63,565 nt of DNA, filler included, from Deltaproteobacteria bacterium (GCA_013151235.1; 2 parts of 2 records of this genome joined end to end with filler, not necessarily neighbours in it); one strand, 5' to 3'; shown: positions 39,777-50,649, counted from the first letter of the whole stretch. The notes: generated from the letters alone by a model not told the origin. Numbers and translations are program-made.

Positions 39777-42317
39777 ATGTCACAGGATCCGGTTTGCAAC
39801 ATGGAGGTTTCGAGCGATTCCTCCAATCACTTCCACCACGAAGGGCAGGAGTATTACTTCTGCAGTGAACACTGCCTGCACAAGTTCAAAGAAAACCCGG
39901 ATGAGTTCGTAAAAACGGGGTCTTCCCTCGATCCGGTCTGCGGGATGGAGGTTTCGGACGATTCCTCCAATCACTTCCGCCACGAAGGGCAGGAGTACTA
40001 CTTCTGCAGCGAGCACTGCCTGAACAAGTTTAAAGAAAACCCGGATGGGTTCGTGAACAAGGCCCCTTCCGCGGAAACAGGCGGTGGAGCCGGCACCTAC
40101 ACCTGCCCGATGCACCCGGAGGTGATGCAGGACCACCCGGGTTCCTGCCCCAAGTGCGGGATGGCACTGGAACCGATGGTCGCTCCGGTTATGACGTCCG
40201 CAACCGCATATACCTGCCCGATGCACCCGGAGGTGATGCAGGACCATCCCGGCCCCTGCCCCAAGTGCGGCATGGCATTGGAACCGGTGACGGTGCAGGC
40301 CGAGGAGAAGAACGAAGAACTGATCTACATGAGCCGACGTTTTTGGGCCGGTCTCGTATTGACGATCCCCGTTTTCGTTCTCGCCATGGTTGCCGACCTG
40401 CTCCCGTCGTGGCTGCCGGCCGGCCTTTCCATGCACACGGTTCAATGGATCGAGTTTCTCCTGGCGACACCGGTCGTGCTGTGGGGCGGGTGGCCCTTCT
40501 TTGTCCGGGGTGTGCAGTCGGTCAGGACCTGGAACCTGAACATGTTTACATTGGTCGGTCTCGGCATCTCGGTCGCATGGGGATACAGTGTGGTAGCGCT
40601 TTTGTTCCCCGGGATCTTCCCGGCCGTCATGCGGAGTGACGCAGGCCTGGTCTCCGTCTATTTCGAGGCCGCGGCGGTGATCACGGTCCTGGTGCTGCTC
40701 GGACAGGTACTGGAACTGCGCGCCCGTTCCCGGACGAACGCCGCGATACAGATGCTCCTCGGCCTCGCTCCGAAGACGGCCCGTATCGTGCGGAAGGACG
40801 GGACCGAAGAAGATATCCCCCTGGAGGATGTGAAGCCGGGTGACACCCTGCGTGTGCGTCCCGGCGAGAAGATTCCCGTGGACGGCACGGTACTCGAGGG
40901 GGAAAGCAATGTCGATGAATCGATGGTCACCGGGGAGCCGATCCCTGTGGCAAAGTCGGCCGGGGAGAAACTGATCGGTGCGACGGTCAACGGGACGGGT
41001 GGCCTCCTGATGCGTGCGGAGAAGGTTGGCTCGGACACCCTCCTTGCACAGATCATCCGGATGGTGGCCGACGCGCAGCGTTCCCGGGCGCCGATCCAGA
41101 AGCTGGCCGACGTGGTCGCGGGTTATTTCGTGCCCGCGGTGGTTGCTATATCTTTACTCACATTTTTTATCTGGTGGGGTGTGGGGCCGCAACCGCGCCT
41201 GGCCCACGCGGTCATCAACGCCGTCGCGGTCCTGATCATCGCATGCCCCTGCGCGCTCGGTCTTGCCACACCGATCGCCATCATGGTGGGAACCGGCCGG
41301 GGTGCCATGGCCGGGGTCCTGATCAAGAACGCCGAGGCCCTCGAGATTATGGAAAAGGTCGATACCCTCGTCGTGGACAAGACCGGCACGTTGACGGAAG
41401 GGAAACCGAAGCTGGTCGCCGTACGCACCGAGGCGGGATTCACGGAGGACGAGGTGCTCCGCATGGCCGCCGGGCTCGAACGTGCGAGCGAACACCCCCT
41501 GGCGGAGGCGATCGTGGCCGGTGCGGAGGAGAAGGGAGTCGAACCGTCAAAAGCGGAAAACTTCCAGTCCGTAACCGGCAAGGGGGTTACGGGAGAAGTC
41601 GACGGGCACAGGGTCGGGATCGGAAATGTCAAGCTGCTGGAAGATTTGGGCATTGACCCGGGAGCGTTGCCTCAGGAGGCGGACCGACAGCGTGCCGAAG
41701 CGAAGACGGTGATGCTGGTTGCCGTGGACGGCAAGGCGGCGGGGCTGATCGCTGTCGCCGATCCGATCAAGGAATCGACGGCCGAAGCCATTCGCGATCT
41801 CCATGCAGAGGGGATACGGGTCGTCATGCTGACCGGTGACAGTCGGGCCACGGCAGAGGCCGTTGCCGGCAAACTGAAAATCGACGAGATACACGCCGAG
41901 GTCCTGCCGGAACAGAAGTCGGAGGTGGTGAAACGGCTCCAGGCGGAAGGGCGTATCGTCGCCATGGCGGGGGACGGGATCAACGACGCCCCGGCGCTGG
42001 CGCAGGCGCAGGTCGGAATTGCCATGGGGACCGGAACGGACGTGGCGATGGAGAGCGCGGGGGTGACACTGGTCAAGGGGGATCTGAGGGGGATCGTCCG
42101 GGCAAGGCGACTGAGCCGGGCCACCATGCGGAACATCCGGCAGAACCTCTTCTTCGCCTTCATCTATAATTCCGCGGGGGTGCCGGTTGCGGCCGGGATC
42201 CTCTATCCCTTCTTCGGGATCCTGTTGTCGCCGATCATCGCCGCTGCGGCCATGAGCTTCAGCTCGGTCTCGGTGATCAGCAATTCGCTGAGGCTGCGGA
42301 ATGTGCAACTCAACTAA
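39777..42317 (+). CDS. copA: Cu(I)/Ag(I) P1B-1 ATPase with 2 YHS and 2 heavy-metal-binding domains
   Basis: CPC, DKTGT, YN and MxxSS motifs; N-terminal DPVC..FCS..C twice and YTCPMHP..CPKCGM twice. Confidence 0.93.
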   Translation: MSQDPVCNMEVSSDSSNHFHHEGQEYYFCSEHCLHKFKENPDEFVKTGSSLDPVCGMEVSDDSSNHFRHEGQEYYFCSEHCLNKFKENPDGFVNKAPSAETGGGAGTYTCPMHPEVMQDHPGSCPKCGMALEPMVAPVMTSATAYTCPMHPEVMQDHPGPCPKCGMALEPVTVQAEEKNEELIYMSRRFWAGLVLTIPVFVLAMVADLLPSWLPAGLSMHTVQWIEFLLATPVVLWGGWPFFVRGVQSVRTWNLNMFTLVGLGISVAWGYSVVALLFPGIFPAVMRSDAGLVSVYFEAAAVITVLVLLGQVLELRARSRTNAAIQMLLGLAPKTARIVRKDGTEEDIPLEDVKPGDTLRVRPGEKIPVDGTVLEGESNVDESMVTGEPIPVAKSAGEKLIGATVNGTGGLLMRAEKVGSDTLLAQIIRMVADAQRSRAPIQKLADVVAGYFVPAVVAISLLTFFIWWGVGPQPRLAHAVINAVAVLIIACPCALGLATPIAIMVGTGRGAMAGVLIKNAEALEIMEKVDTLVVDKTGTLTEGKPKLVAVRTEAGFTEDEVLRMAAGLERASEHPLAEAIVAGAEEKGVEPSKAENFQSVTGKGVTGEVDGHRVGIGNVKLLEDLGIDPGALPQEADRQRAEAKTVMLVAVDGKAAGLIAVADPIKESTAEAIRDLHAEGIRVVMLTGDSRATAEAVAGKLKIDEIHAEVLPEQKSEVVKRLQAEGRIVAMAGDGINDAPALAQAQVGIAMGTGTDVAMESAGVTLVKGDLRGIVRARRLSRATMRNIRQNLFFAFIYNSAGVPVAAGILYPFFGILLSPIIAAAAMSFSSVSVISNSLRLRNVQLN

Positions 42318-42357
42318 GCCGGCTTGGTAAAAGGTCCGCCAATTAAGGGAGAGAGTC

Positions 42358-43431
42358 ATGGAACGGGATCCGGTATGCAACATGGAGGTCAAAGAGGACT
42401 CGGCCCTGACTGTGGAACGGGAGGGAAAGACCTACTTCTTCTGCTCCGAGGGGTGCCGGAAGAAATTCCTCCGGGGGTCCGGAAATACGCATGACAAAAA
42501 GGTCTACGACCTCCTGATCCTCGGGGGGGGACCCGCCGGCCTGACGGCGGCGGTCTATGCGGCGACCCTGCGGATGGAGGCCTTCCTGATCACCAAGGAC
42601 CTGGGGGGCCAGGCAGTCGACAGCACGCAGATCGAGAATTACATGGGGTTCGATTTTATTGCGGGGACCGACCTGGTGAAGAAATTTGAGGATCAGCTTC
42701 TCCATTCCCACTACATCGATCACCGGATCGGCGAGGTCCGGAAAGTCGTCCCGGACGGAGAGGTATTCCGGGTCACCGTGGATGAAGGAGAGACCTTCCG
42801 GGCCCGTGCGCTGATCCTCGCCACCGGCATGCGCCGCAGGAGGCTGGACGTCCCGGGGGAGGAAGCCCTGCAGCGGCAGGGGGTCTTCTACGGCAACATT
42901 CAGGATGCCTCCTTTGTCGAAGGGGCGGATGTGGCGATCGTGGGAGGGGGGAACTCGGCCCTGCAGATCGTAGAGACCCTTCATTCCGTGGTCGGGACGA
43001 TCCACCTGATCTGCAATTCCACCCTCAAGGCCGACCCGATCGTAATCGAGCGGGTCGAGGCCTTCCCCGATCTCGTCAAGCACGAAGGATACGAGGTCCT
43101 GGAAATCACCGGGGAGAACAGGGTGGAGGGGATCTCCATCCGAAACCGGAGCGGCGGTGAAGTGGAGCATCTTGCCGTGGGAGGGGTCTTCATTTCCATC
43201 GGGCTCTACCCGGACTCCTCCATCTTTGAGGGATTGGTGGATCGAAACAAACGGGGAGAGATCCGAATCGCCCCCGACTGCTCCACCTCCCGGCCGGGGA
43301 TCTTTGCCGCGGGGGACCTGACCGACGCCTACGGCAAACGGATCGTCATCGCCTCGGGAGAGGGGGCCAAGGCCGCACTTGCCGCTCGGGAATACCTTCT
43401 GAAGTTGTCCTCCGGCCCTGCGGCGTCATGA
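42358..43431 (+). CDS. YHS domain fused to thioredoxin-reductase-like flavoprotein lacking CxxC
   Basis: DPVC..FCS..C, then GGGPAG, ATG, GGGNSA and AAGD; YGNIQD in place of YCxxCD. Confidence 0.85.
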   Translation: MERDPVCNMEVKEDSALTVEREGKTYFFCSEGCRKKFLRGSGNTHDKKVYDLLILGGGPAGLTAAVYAATLRMEAFLITKDLGGQAVDSTQIENYMGFDFIAGTDLVKKFEDQLLHSHYIDHRIGEVRKVVPDGEVFRVTVDEGETFRARALILATGMRRRRLDVPGEEALQRQGVFYGNIQDASFVEGADVAIVGGGNSALQIVETLHSVVGTIHLICNSTLKADPIVIERVEAFPDLVKHEGYEVLEITGENRVEGISIRNRSGGEVEHLAVGGVFISIGLYPDSSIFEGLVDRNKRGEIRIAPDCSTSRPGIFAAGDLTDAYGKRIVIASGEGAKAALAAREYLLKLSSGPAAS

Positions 43432-43589
43432 AGGTACGTTACGGCCGGGTTACCATTCTGCTGGCGGGAATCCTTCTGGTCAGCCTGCTGCATTTTACCA
43501 CCAGCACCTCCGTCCACGGCTGGCATGTCTTTTTCAGGAAGCTCTATTTCATCCCCATCATCATGGCCGCTCCCGGTTGGAAGTGTTGA
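43428..43589 (+). pseudogene. Truncated N-terminus of a membrane sensor protein (probable histidine kinase)
   Basis: ATGA-coupled 53-aa ORF MKVRYGRVTILLAGILLVSLLHFTT...HVFFRKLYFIPIIMAA that stops just before the convergent Ehr operon. Confidence 0.55.
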
Positions 43590-43594
43590 TTTTC

Positions 43595-45721
43595 TTACGC
43601 AAATGATGCAACCGCAAGGAAGACGAGGAGTGCCAGGAGAGCGTACCCTGCATAGTTATTGATCCGGCCGTTGTGCATGCGGGCAAGCCGGCCGGCGATC
43701 CATTGTGCGGCGGCTGCCGGGGGATGTAGAATCAGGCGGTCGATCAGATGTACTTCCTCACGTTTCCGGCGGATTGCCACGCGGAAGTGCTCGGCGATGG
43801 TCTCGCTGCGGTTCACCACTCTGGGATGCAGGATCGCGTCAAAGATCACCCTCACGGGCTGGGCGAATCCGGTCGCCGTATAAGTCATCTCCGGCAGAAG
43901 GTGCCTGACTCCGCCGTCCCACCTGGGGCGGCGGACGACCCGGCGCCGTCCGGCAAAGACGAACCGTACGATGATTGCGCTGATACCGAGCAGGAAGATA
44001 AGGGTTAAAAACATGTACGAGGTGGACATGGCGAAGACGACGGGGTTTTTTGCTCCGCCGCGATGAAGGACCGCCAGGCCGCGGCCCGGGAGTATGCCCA
44101 AGCCGATCCGGGCGCCTAAATCGTGAAATTCGGAAGCGAAATCGGCAGGTAGTTGATCCGCGGGGGGATTTCCTGCAAAGAAGGGGGGGACGAGTGCGTC
44201 GGTGCCGCTCGCATTGGTGATCGGTAGCACGGCCCGGTCCACGGCAGGGATCACGTAGGTCGGAAGCACCCCCAGCGCCAGGCATACCAGTGCAAGGAAG
44301 GCCATAGAGGCAAGGGCCGACTTGCCGGTCTCCCGCGCGGTGGAGGCAGCCTTGGATCTGGGCATTCCCAGAAAGCCCATGGAGAAGGCCCGGACAAAAC
44401 AGGTGACGGCAAGTCCGGCGGTCAGCGCAAGACCGGCGCCTGCCGCCACAAAGGATATCTTGACACCGAGAGAGACCAGTTCCACGCTGCGCAGGAGTGA
44501 CTCGATCGTAAGCCATTCACTGACGAATCCGTTGAAAGGGGGCATGGCGGAAATGGAGAGTGTCCCGACCAGAACGAAAAGCCCGGTCCAGGGCATCTTT
44601 TTGAGCAGGCCGCCCAGGCGGTCGAGGCTCCGTGTTCCGGCAGCACTTTCCATGACCCCGGCCCCCATGAAGAGCAGGGTTTTAAAAACGGAATGGTTCA
44701 GAAGGTGATAGAGCGTTGCGACAAAGGCGATGGCAGCCGGGATCCGGTGACCGGTTGCAAGAAACAGAACACCGGCCCCAAGTGCGGTGGTGATGATCCC
44801 GGCGTTTTCGATGGAGCTGTGGGCCAGCAGCGTCTTGAAGTCGTCCTCAATGGTTGCATAGAGAATACCGATCAGGGCGGTGACCGATCCGGTAATGAGC
44901 ATGACGGCGCCGGTCCCGACCTGCGTAACCGGCAGCAGATCGGCAGTCACACGGATGATACCGTAGAGGCCGAGGTTCAATGTCGCTCCGGCAATCAGCG
45001 GTATGCATGCGGATGGAGCTGCGGTATAGGCTTGCGCGACCCAGAAATTCAAGGGGATCAATCCGGCTTTTACCCCGAATCCGATAAAGGAGAGGGCGAA
45101 AACGGTCCACCGTATGCCGTTTCCCAGGCCGGGGGCCGTTGTTCTCAATGCATCGAAGCTGAGTGCCCCGGAATGTACCGACAGTAACAGGAAGGCGGCC
45201 AGGACGGCAAGTGTACCCGCCTCGCCGGTGGCCAGCATGAGATACCCCGGACGCTCGCCGGCAACGGTGATCATCAGGTAGATGAGAATTGACATGATCT
45301 CCCAGGCCACGAGAAACAAAAATATATCCCCGGCGATAAGGACCAGGAGGATGGCGATTAACAGACCGAGGTACAGCGCGGCGAGGATGCCGCGATGACG
45401 TCCTTGATCGCAGCGTATTCGGTCGGCGGCGAAAATGGAAGCAGGCATGGCGACCAGAGCAGTGGCCACCAGGAAAAAAGCCGAGAGGTGATCAACGGTT
45501 ATGGTCAACTCCCCTGTGCCGGGAAGGGTCCAGAGCGAGGCATGGAAAGGGCCGGCGGCGAAGAGGGCGCCTGTGCCGTAGATCAGCAGCGTCAAAGAAC
45601 CGAGTCCGCCGAAGCCGGCCAGCGCAAAGGGGGATCTCTTTTCCGGCAGCAAGAGTACCGCCGTGATTCCCAGGGAATAGAGTCCGAAGGTGATGATCAG
45701 TAACTGGCCGGGATCGGTCAT
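43595..45721 (-). CDS. Ehr/Hyf antiporter-like membrane subunit (HyfB-like)
   Basis: WEIMS, GVKAGLIP, LAHSSIENAG, NHSVFKTLLF, PPFNGFVSEW. Confidence 0.9.
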   Translation of the reverse strand: MTDPGQLLIITFGLYSLGITAVLLLPEKRSPFALAGFGGLGSLTLLIYGTGALFAAGPFHASLWTLPGTGELTITVDHLSAFFLVATALVAMPASIFAADRIRCDQGRHRGILAALYLGLLIAILLVLIAGDIFLFLVAWEIMSILIYLMITVAGERPGYLMLATGEAGTLAVLAAFLLLSVHSGALSFDALRTTAPGLGNGIRWTVFALSFIGFGVKAGLIPLNFWVAQAYTAAPSACIPLIAGATLNLGLYGIIRVTADLLPVTQVGTGAVMLITGSVTALIGILYATIEDDFKTLLAHSSIENAGIITTALGAGVLFLATGHRIPAAIAFVATLYHLLNHSVFKTLLFMGAGVMESAAGTRSLDRLGGLLKKMPWTGLFVLVGTLSISAMPPFNGFVSEWLTIESLLRSVELVSLGVKISFVAAGAGLALTAGLAVTCFVRAFSMGFLGMPRSKAASTARETGKSALASMAFLALVCLALGVLPTYVIPAVDRAVLPITNASGTDALVPPFFAGNPPADQLPADFASEFHDLGARIGLGILPGRGLAVLHRGGAKNPVVFAMSTSYMFLTLIFLLGISAIIVRFVFAGRRRVVRRPRWDGGVRHLLPEMTYTATGFAQPVRVIFDAILHPRVVNRSETIAEHFRVAIRRKREEVHLIDRLILHPPAAAAQWIAGRLARMHNGRINNYAGYALLALLVFLAVASFA

Positions 45722-46476
45722 TGAGCGTCTCCTCCTCCCGTAGATGCAGCGGGCTTCATGGGTTGCACCGCCTCCTTGCGTCCGGCAAGGATCAGCAGGC
45801 CGTACAGGATGGCCGTCGGCGGGGGTGGACAGCCCGGGATTTCAAGATCAACCGGCAGGATGTCGGCGACCCCGGCGCCGGTCACGAAACCGGGTCCGAA
45901 CAGCCCGCCGCTCAGTGCGCAACTCCCGACGGCCGCAACCCGTTTCGGCTCGGGCATGGCCTCGTAAGCCTTCATCAGGGGGGTCTTCATCTGGTCGGTA
46001 ACCGGTCCGACCACCAGGAGGATATCAGCCTGCCGGGGTGTCGGGGTGATGAAAAAACCGAGCCGGTGCATATTATAGAAGGGATTGTTCAGGAGCCTGA
46101 CCTCGTTGAGGCAGGCCCCGCAGTCGCCGGCATCGACGATGCGGATGTGTAGTGATTGTCTGAATGCTTTCGGGAAAACCGATGAGGTTTTCTCAAGCTT
46201 CGCCCATTCGAATCCGGTCTCCCACCGGATCGGTTTCGCAGTCTCCCGTGCACATCGATAACAGTGGATACACCGTGCACGCTCCACAACGATCCGATCA
46301 TCCGCCTGCTGCAACGCACCTGCCGGACATAATGCGGTCAACCCTGCGCTGTCGGTCTTCCCGCAGACCGTATCCTGCGGCATTCCCGGGGAGGTCCCGG
46401 GGGTATCCTCCATTTTCGCCGGGTAACGAGTGGTGACCACCCCGGTTTGCAGGCCCTTGAGTATCCACCGGCTCAT
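45718..46476 (-). CDS. Ehr small subunit (HyfI/NuoB-like) with N-terminal ferredoxin-like segment
   Basis: CIHCYRC, then DAGDCGAC, GSCA, PGCPP. Confidence 0.88.
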   Translation of the reverse strand: MSRWILKGLQTGVVTTRYPAKMEDTPGTSPGMPQDTVCGKTDSAGLTALCPAGALQQADDRIVVERARCIHCYRCARETAKPIRWETGFEWAKLEKTSSVFPKAFRQSLHIRIVDAGDCGACLNEVRLLNNPFYNMHRLGFFITPTPRQADILLVVGPVTDQMKTPLMKAYEAMPEPKRVAAVGSCALSGGLFGPGFVTGAGVADILPVDLEIPGCPPPPTAILYGLLILAGRKEAVQPMKPAASTGGGDAQ

Positions 46477-46520
46477 ATTAAATGCCTCCTGATGATTCCA
46501 TAAAAAAGCCCCTCTGCCGG

Positions 46521-47579
46521 TTACGCCTTCGTCGTGATGTACAGGCCGGCGGCTGCAAAAAAAGCGATATACCCCATGATCAGGAACAGGGCTGTAAAGG
46601 ATGCGGTATCGTTTGTGTTTTCATCGGTGATATAGAGTTTGTAGGCAATCATGTTTGCCAGGGATCCGAAGATACTGCCGAACCCCCCGACGTTCGTTCC
46701 CCAGAGCAGGGCTTTCCAGTTTGATGTGAACTTTGCGAAGAGGAGCGTTGACGGGACATTGCTCATGATCTGCGAGGCGAGGGCGGAAAAGAGGAATACA
46801 TGCCCGGCGTGCTTGATCTCGGATGCCATCAGAATCTTCAGGTTTTCAGCAAGACCGAAGAAAAAGAAGAAGCTGAAGAGGAGGAAGTAGTCCACGTGCA
46901 GGGCTTCCCGGTCGAAGAGAAGTGCATAAACGACAACGATCCCTGAGGCGCGAATCGGCAGGATGTGCAGTACGGAGAGGAGGACGATGATCAGGAGGAT
47001 CCCGTGGACGCTGGACCTGGCCGTATTGTGCATTGCCTCGGTGCTTTCCGGCGTTGCCTGTAAATGAATCGTGAGGGACAGGATAACCGGGAATAGAATC
47101 ATCAGGGAAAAGGGGGCGATGGAGGTGATGAATTCCGCAGGGGACAGGTTGTAGAACCAGTAGATATAAAGATTCTGAGGGTTCCCGAAAGGGGTCAGGG
47201 CCGATCCTGCGTTTGCGGCCAGGGCCTCCAGAATCACGAGAAGGCCCCTCCTGTCGATGTTGAGCGCCAGGGTCAGCGGGACAATCACAAGGAGGGCGAT
47301 ATCATTTGTAACGACCATCGAAAGAAAGAATGTCGTGACGATCAATTTGAGGGGGACCCCTCTTCCTTTCTCGATGCTTCGGGCAAACCTCGATATAATC
47401 CCACTCTGCTGCAAGCCCTTGACCGCTATAAAGAGGACAAAGAGGATGAAGAGGACCTGCATTTCCCGGGGCGAGGGGACGGGCGGATGTCCCGTATAGA
47501 TGGATGTCAGGAGGAATCCAGTGCCGGAAGCGAGGAGCAACCATTCTTTTAGGATAAAATCGAACAATGCGTCTTTCAT
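46521..47579 (-). CDS. ArsB/NhaD/SLC13 (YbiR-like) ion-transporter superfamily permease
   Basis: VTNDIAL, AANAGSALTPFGNPQNL, SNVPST, NVGGFGSIFGSLAN. Confidence 0.85.
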   Translation of the reverse strand: MKDALFDFILKEWLLLASGTGFLLTSIYTGHPPVPSPREMQVLFILFVLFIAVKGLQQSGIISRFARSIEKGRGVPLKLIVTTFFLSMVVTNDIALLVIVPLTLALNIDRRGLLVILEALAANAGSALTPFGNPQNLYIYWFYNLSPAEFITSIAPFSLMILFPVILSLTIHLQATPESTEAMHNTARSSVHGILLIIVLLSVLHILPIRASGIVVVYALLFDREALHVDYFLLFSFFFFFGLAENLKILMASEIKHAGHVFLFSALASQIMSNVPSTLLFAKFTSNWKALLWGTNVGGFGSIFGSLANMIAYKLYITDENTNDTASFTALFLIMGYIAFFAAAGLYITTKA

Positions 47580-47612
47580 GTTGTCCCGGATCAGCCTTTC
47601 GTAATGAAGTCT

Positions 47613-49193
47613 TTACCTGTCGTTTTCGGCCACGGAGAGCCCGAACGTCGCCAGGATGATCGGGAAGTCCTGGAATGCAAAGTTCTCGGCCGCCAAGTGA
47701 AATCCGTGCCAGTTCGTGAAGGAGGGGGTGATCAGCCGGTACCTCTTCACCGTCCCTGCATCGTCGATGCGGATCCAGTGCCACGTTGCTCCGCGCGGGG
47801 CCTCGACCCCCGCCAGTGCAACCCCCTCTGCGGGTTTGCAGGGAACCCGGACCGGACCATTCCGCAGCGCCCCGGTTGCCTGCTCCATGAGATGGACCGC
47901 CTCCCTTGCCTCGGTGAGGAGTACCCGAAGGCGCGCATAGCCGTCCCCTTCATCCTCGCAGGGGAGGCGGAACTTGAAGGCATCGTAGGCCGCATAGGGC
48001 TGCATCCTCCTGAGATCGTTGCAGCAGCCCGACCCGCGGGCCACGGGACCTACGAGCCCATGGTTGCGGGCCTCCTCTCTGGTGACGATCCCCACTTCCT
48101 CGATCCGGTCGAGGAAACTGCTGGTGTTGATCAGTATTTTTTCAATTCCGTTCAGGCGCCGGACAATACCCCCGGCCCGGGCTACGGTCTTGCCGCATGC
48201 CCGGTCATCCAGGTCGCGGCTTAAACCGCCGGGGACAGCCATGCCGAAGAGATAGCGATGGCCGGTGAGACTGCCGGAAAGCCTGAGCGCCTCTTCCTCC
48301 AGGATCGCCGTCTGGTTTGCGGCGACGACCAGCCCGGTGGAGTTGCAGATTCCTGCGACGGTTCCCAGGTGATGGCGGAACCGTTCCAGTTCGGAGAGGA
48401 AGACCCTTAATACGCCGGCGCGTTCCGGTACCTCCGTGTCGCCGAGCTGTTCCACGGCCATGCAACCGGCGAGAGCGTGGGAGAAGGCCGTGGTGCCGGC
48501 GAACCGCTCGACCATGAGGAGCGCATCATCGTATGCGCGCCCTTCCGCTCTTTTCTCCACACCGCGGTATTTGAAAAAGAGCCGGGGAAAGATCCGAATC
48601 ACTTCTTCTCCGATGGTCTCCAACTGGAAATGGACGGATTCCGCATCGCCGGAGAAGATGGGACCGACCGGCATGATGAAGGCGCCGGGTGCATCCACGA
48701 TCCTTCTCGGCCGCCAGTTCCGACTTGGCCTGCGGTTGGCAAGGGTGGCATCGATATCAAATCCGTTGCGCATCGGTTCCACCCCTTCCTGCCAGGCATC
48801 GTCATGGAGGATAAAGTCTCCCAGGCGGGGATGCCCTTCAAATACCAGACCGAAGAGGTCCTCCGCCTCCCGCTCATGCCAGTCCGCGGCGTGGACCTCT
48901 CCGCAGATGCTTTTGCATAGACGTTTTTTTATGGGAGTATCGGTCCTTAACAGGATACGCCCCATCTCACCCTGCCCGGCGAAGAGGTAAAAAAGATCAC
49001 ACCGCTCGGCATTTTCTTCCACGATCAATCCGGCAAAATGATAGTTCCGCCGGTTGGATAGCCAGCCGCAGACCTTGGGCAGTTCGTCATTTCCGCACAC
49101 GATTTCGGTGATCCCATTCCGGATGCCGGTAACTTTTTCAATTGCAGCGGGCCAGAGGAGAGACGCTTGCTTCGTTACCTGCTCGATATTCAT
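47613..49193 (-). CDS. Ehr large subunit (HyfG/HycE-like NuoC+D fusion) lacking NiFe cysteines
   Basis: EREAEDLFG, RGVEK, VEAPRG; ERFAGTT and SVAENDR in place of RxCxxC and DPCxxC. Confidence 0.9.
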   Translation of the reverse strand: MNIEQVTKQASLLWPAAIEKVTGIRNGITEIVCGNDELPKVCGWLSNRRNYHFAGLIVEENAERCDLFYLFAGQGEMGRILLRTDTPIKKRLCKSICGEVHAADWHEREAEDLFGLVFEGHPRLGDFILHDDAWQEGVEPMRNGFDIDATLANRRPSRNWRPRRIVDAPGAFIMPVGPIFSGDAESVHFQLETIGEEVIRIFPRLFFKYRGVEKRAEGRAYDDALLMVERFAGTTAFSHALAGCMAVEQLGDTEVPERAGVLRVFLSELERFRHHLGTVAGICNSTGLVVAANQTAILEEEALRLSGSLTGHRYLFGMAVPGGLSRDLDDRACGKTVARAGGIVRRLNGIEKILINTSSFLDRIEEVGIVTREEARNHGLVGPVARGSGCCNDLRRMQPYAAYDAFKFRLPCEDEGDGYARLRVLLTEAREAVHLMEQATGALRNGPVRVPCKPAEGVALAGVEAPRGATWHWIRIDDAGTVKRYRLITPSFTNWHGFHLAAENFAFQDFPIILATFGLSVAENDR

Positions 49194-49197
49194 CGTG

Positions 49198-50649
49198 TTA
49201 TCCTCCAAGCGTTGTTGCGGCAAGCGTGATCAGCTTCTCAAGGGGACCCGGGATGAAAATTCCCAGGACAAGTATCGGTACTGCGGCGAATATCATGGTT
49301 GTTCTGCAACTCAACGGAAGGGGCTCAGGCCTTTCTCCCTCCCCTTCGATTGTCGGGGCCGACCCGAAAACCATACGGCTGACATGATTCATGATGGCGA
49401 AAAAGGCCACGGCGATAAAGAGGAGCAGCAACCCCACGGCGACATACTCCCCCCGGTGCAGCCCGGCTTTCAGGATGGAGAACTCGCTCATGAAGATCGC
49501 GAAAGGGGGCGCCCCGGCAATGGCCAGCCCCCCGAAAAGGAGAGCGACACCGGCACCGGGGGCCCTGGTGATCAGGCTGCGTACCTCAGCGATCTCCCGG
49601 GTGCCCGTCAGGAGCAGAACACTTCCTGCGGCGTAGAAGCAGAACGATTTTGTAACGGCGTGGGCCGTGATCTGCAGCATTGCAGCGGAAGACGCCGAAA
49701 CCCCTCCTAGGCCGACGGCGGTCAGGATGATTCCCATGTGCTCAATGGTGGAGAAGGCGAAGAGCCGTTTGTAGTCCTTGACCTGGACCAGCAGAAAGGC
49801 CGCCGTCCCCGCGGAGATCAGCCCGAAGACCAGCATCCAGGTATCCGGACTGACACCAGGTGCATTCCGCAGGATGGGGACCAGGCGGAGAATCGCGTAG
49901 AGGACGGCGGTGGTTTTTACGCCCGAGAGAAGTGCGCACACGGGTGTCGGCGCCTGGCTGTGGGCATCGGGAAGCCAGGTATGGAGCGGCACCAGTCCGG
50001 CCTTGGCGCCGAACCCGAGCAGAATCAGGGCAAAGGCCGTCCGCAACAGCACGGGTGACATACGGGGGGCGCCTGCCGCCAGCCCGGCCCAGGTATAGTG
50101 TTCGATACCGGCCCTTTGTGCCGCCCAGAAAAGGATCAGGAAACCGAGCAGAGCGATGGCCGCACCCATGACCGTAAGCACAACGTATTTCCACGCAGCC
50201 TCGAGGGCTTCGTGAGAGTTCTCAAACCCGACCAGCAGCACGGAAAACAGGGTGGTCAGCTCCACGGCGATCCAGATGATATTCGGCTCCTGGACCAGGG
50301 GCACCATGATCATGGAAAAGACAAAGAGGTTGAAATTTAGATAGTATCGACGCAGGTCGGCCCGGTTGTGATGCTTCATGTAGCCGATGGAAAAGAGAGC
50401 GGCCGTCATGTTTACAAAGGCGACCGGGATGAGAATGAGAGCGCCCGGTGCATCCAGGGCGATCCAGCCGGGGATTGCCGCCACGATGTGTCCGGGAGAT
50501 GTGATGACATTCAGGGCTGCCCGCACCGACAAGGCCAGCGTGGCCATCGCCGCGATCAGGGCGATGGTCGACTCGATACGTTCCCTGCGTGTGAGAAAAG
50601 AGAGTAGTGCGGCGGCCAGCGGTATCGTTATCAGAACAAAGAGGATCAT
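49198..50649 (-). CDS. Ehr antiporter-like membrane subunit (HyfF-like)
   Basis: WIAVELTT, EAAWKY, KAGLVPLHTWLPDAHSQAP, AFSTIEHMG. Confidence 0.92.
   Translation of the reverse strand: MILFVLITIPLAAALLSFLTRRERIESTIALIAAMATLALSVRAALNVITSPGHIVAAIPGWIALDAPGALILIPVAFVNMTAALFSIGYMKHHNRADLRRYYLNFNLFVFSMIMVPLVQEPNIIWIAVELTTLFSVLLVGFENSHEALEAAWKYVVLTVMGAAIALLGFLILFWAAQRAGIEHYTWAGLAAGAPRMSPVLLRTAFALILLGFGAKAGLVPLHTWLPDAHSQAPTPVCALLSGVKTTAVLYAILRLVPILRNAPGVSPDTWMLVFGLISAGTAAFLLVQVKDYKRLFAFSTIEHMGIILTAVGLGGVSASSAAMLQITAHAVTKSFCFYAAGSVLLLTGTREIAEVRSLITRAPGAGVALLFGGLAIAGAPPFAIFMSEFSILKAGLHRGEYVAVGLLLLFIAVAFFAIMNHVSRMVFGSAPTIEGEGERPEPLPLSCRTTMIFAAVPILVLGIFIPGPLEKLITLAATTLGG

Noticed and set aside
39783-40285. 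Assembly duplication in copA N-terminus
   Set aside because: The copies differ at many positions, stay in frame and correspond to normal tandem YHS and metal-binding domains
47613-49193. [NiFe] hydrogenase-3/4 or formate hydrogenlyase large subunit
   Set aside because: All four Ni-ligating cysteines are absent and there are no maturation or fdh genes; called Ehr instead
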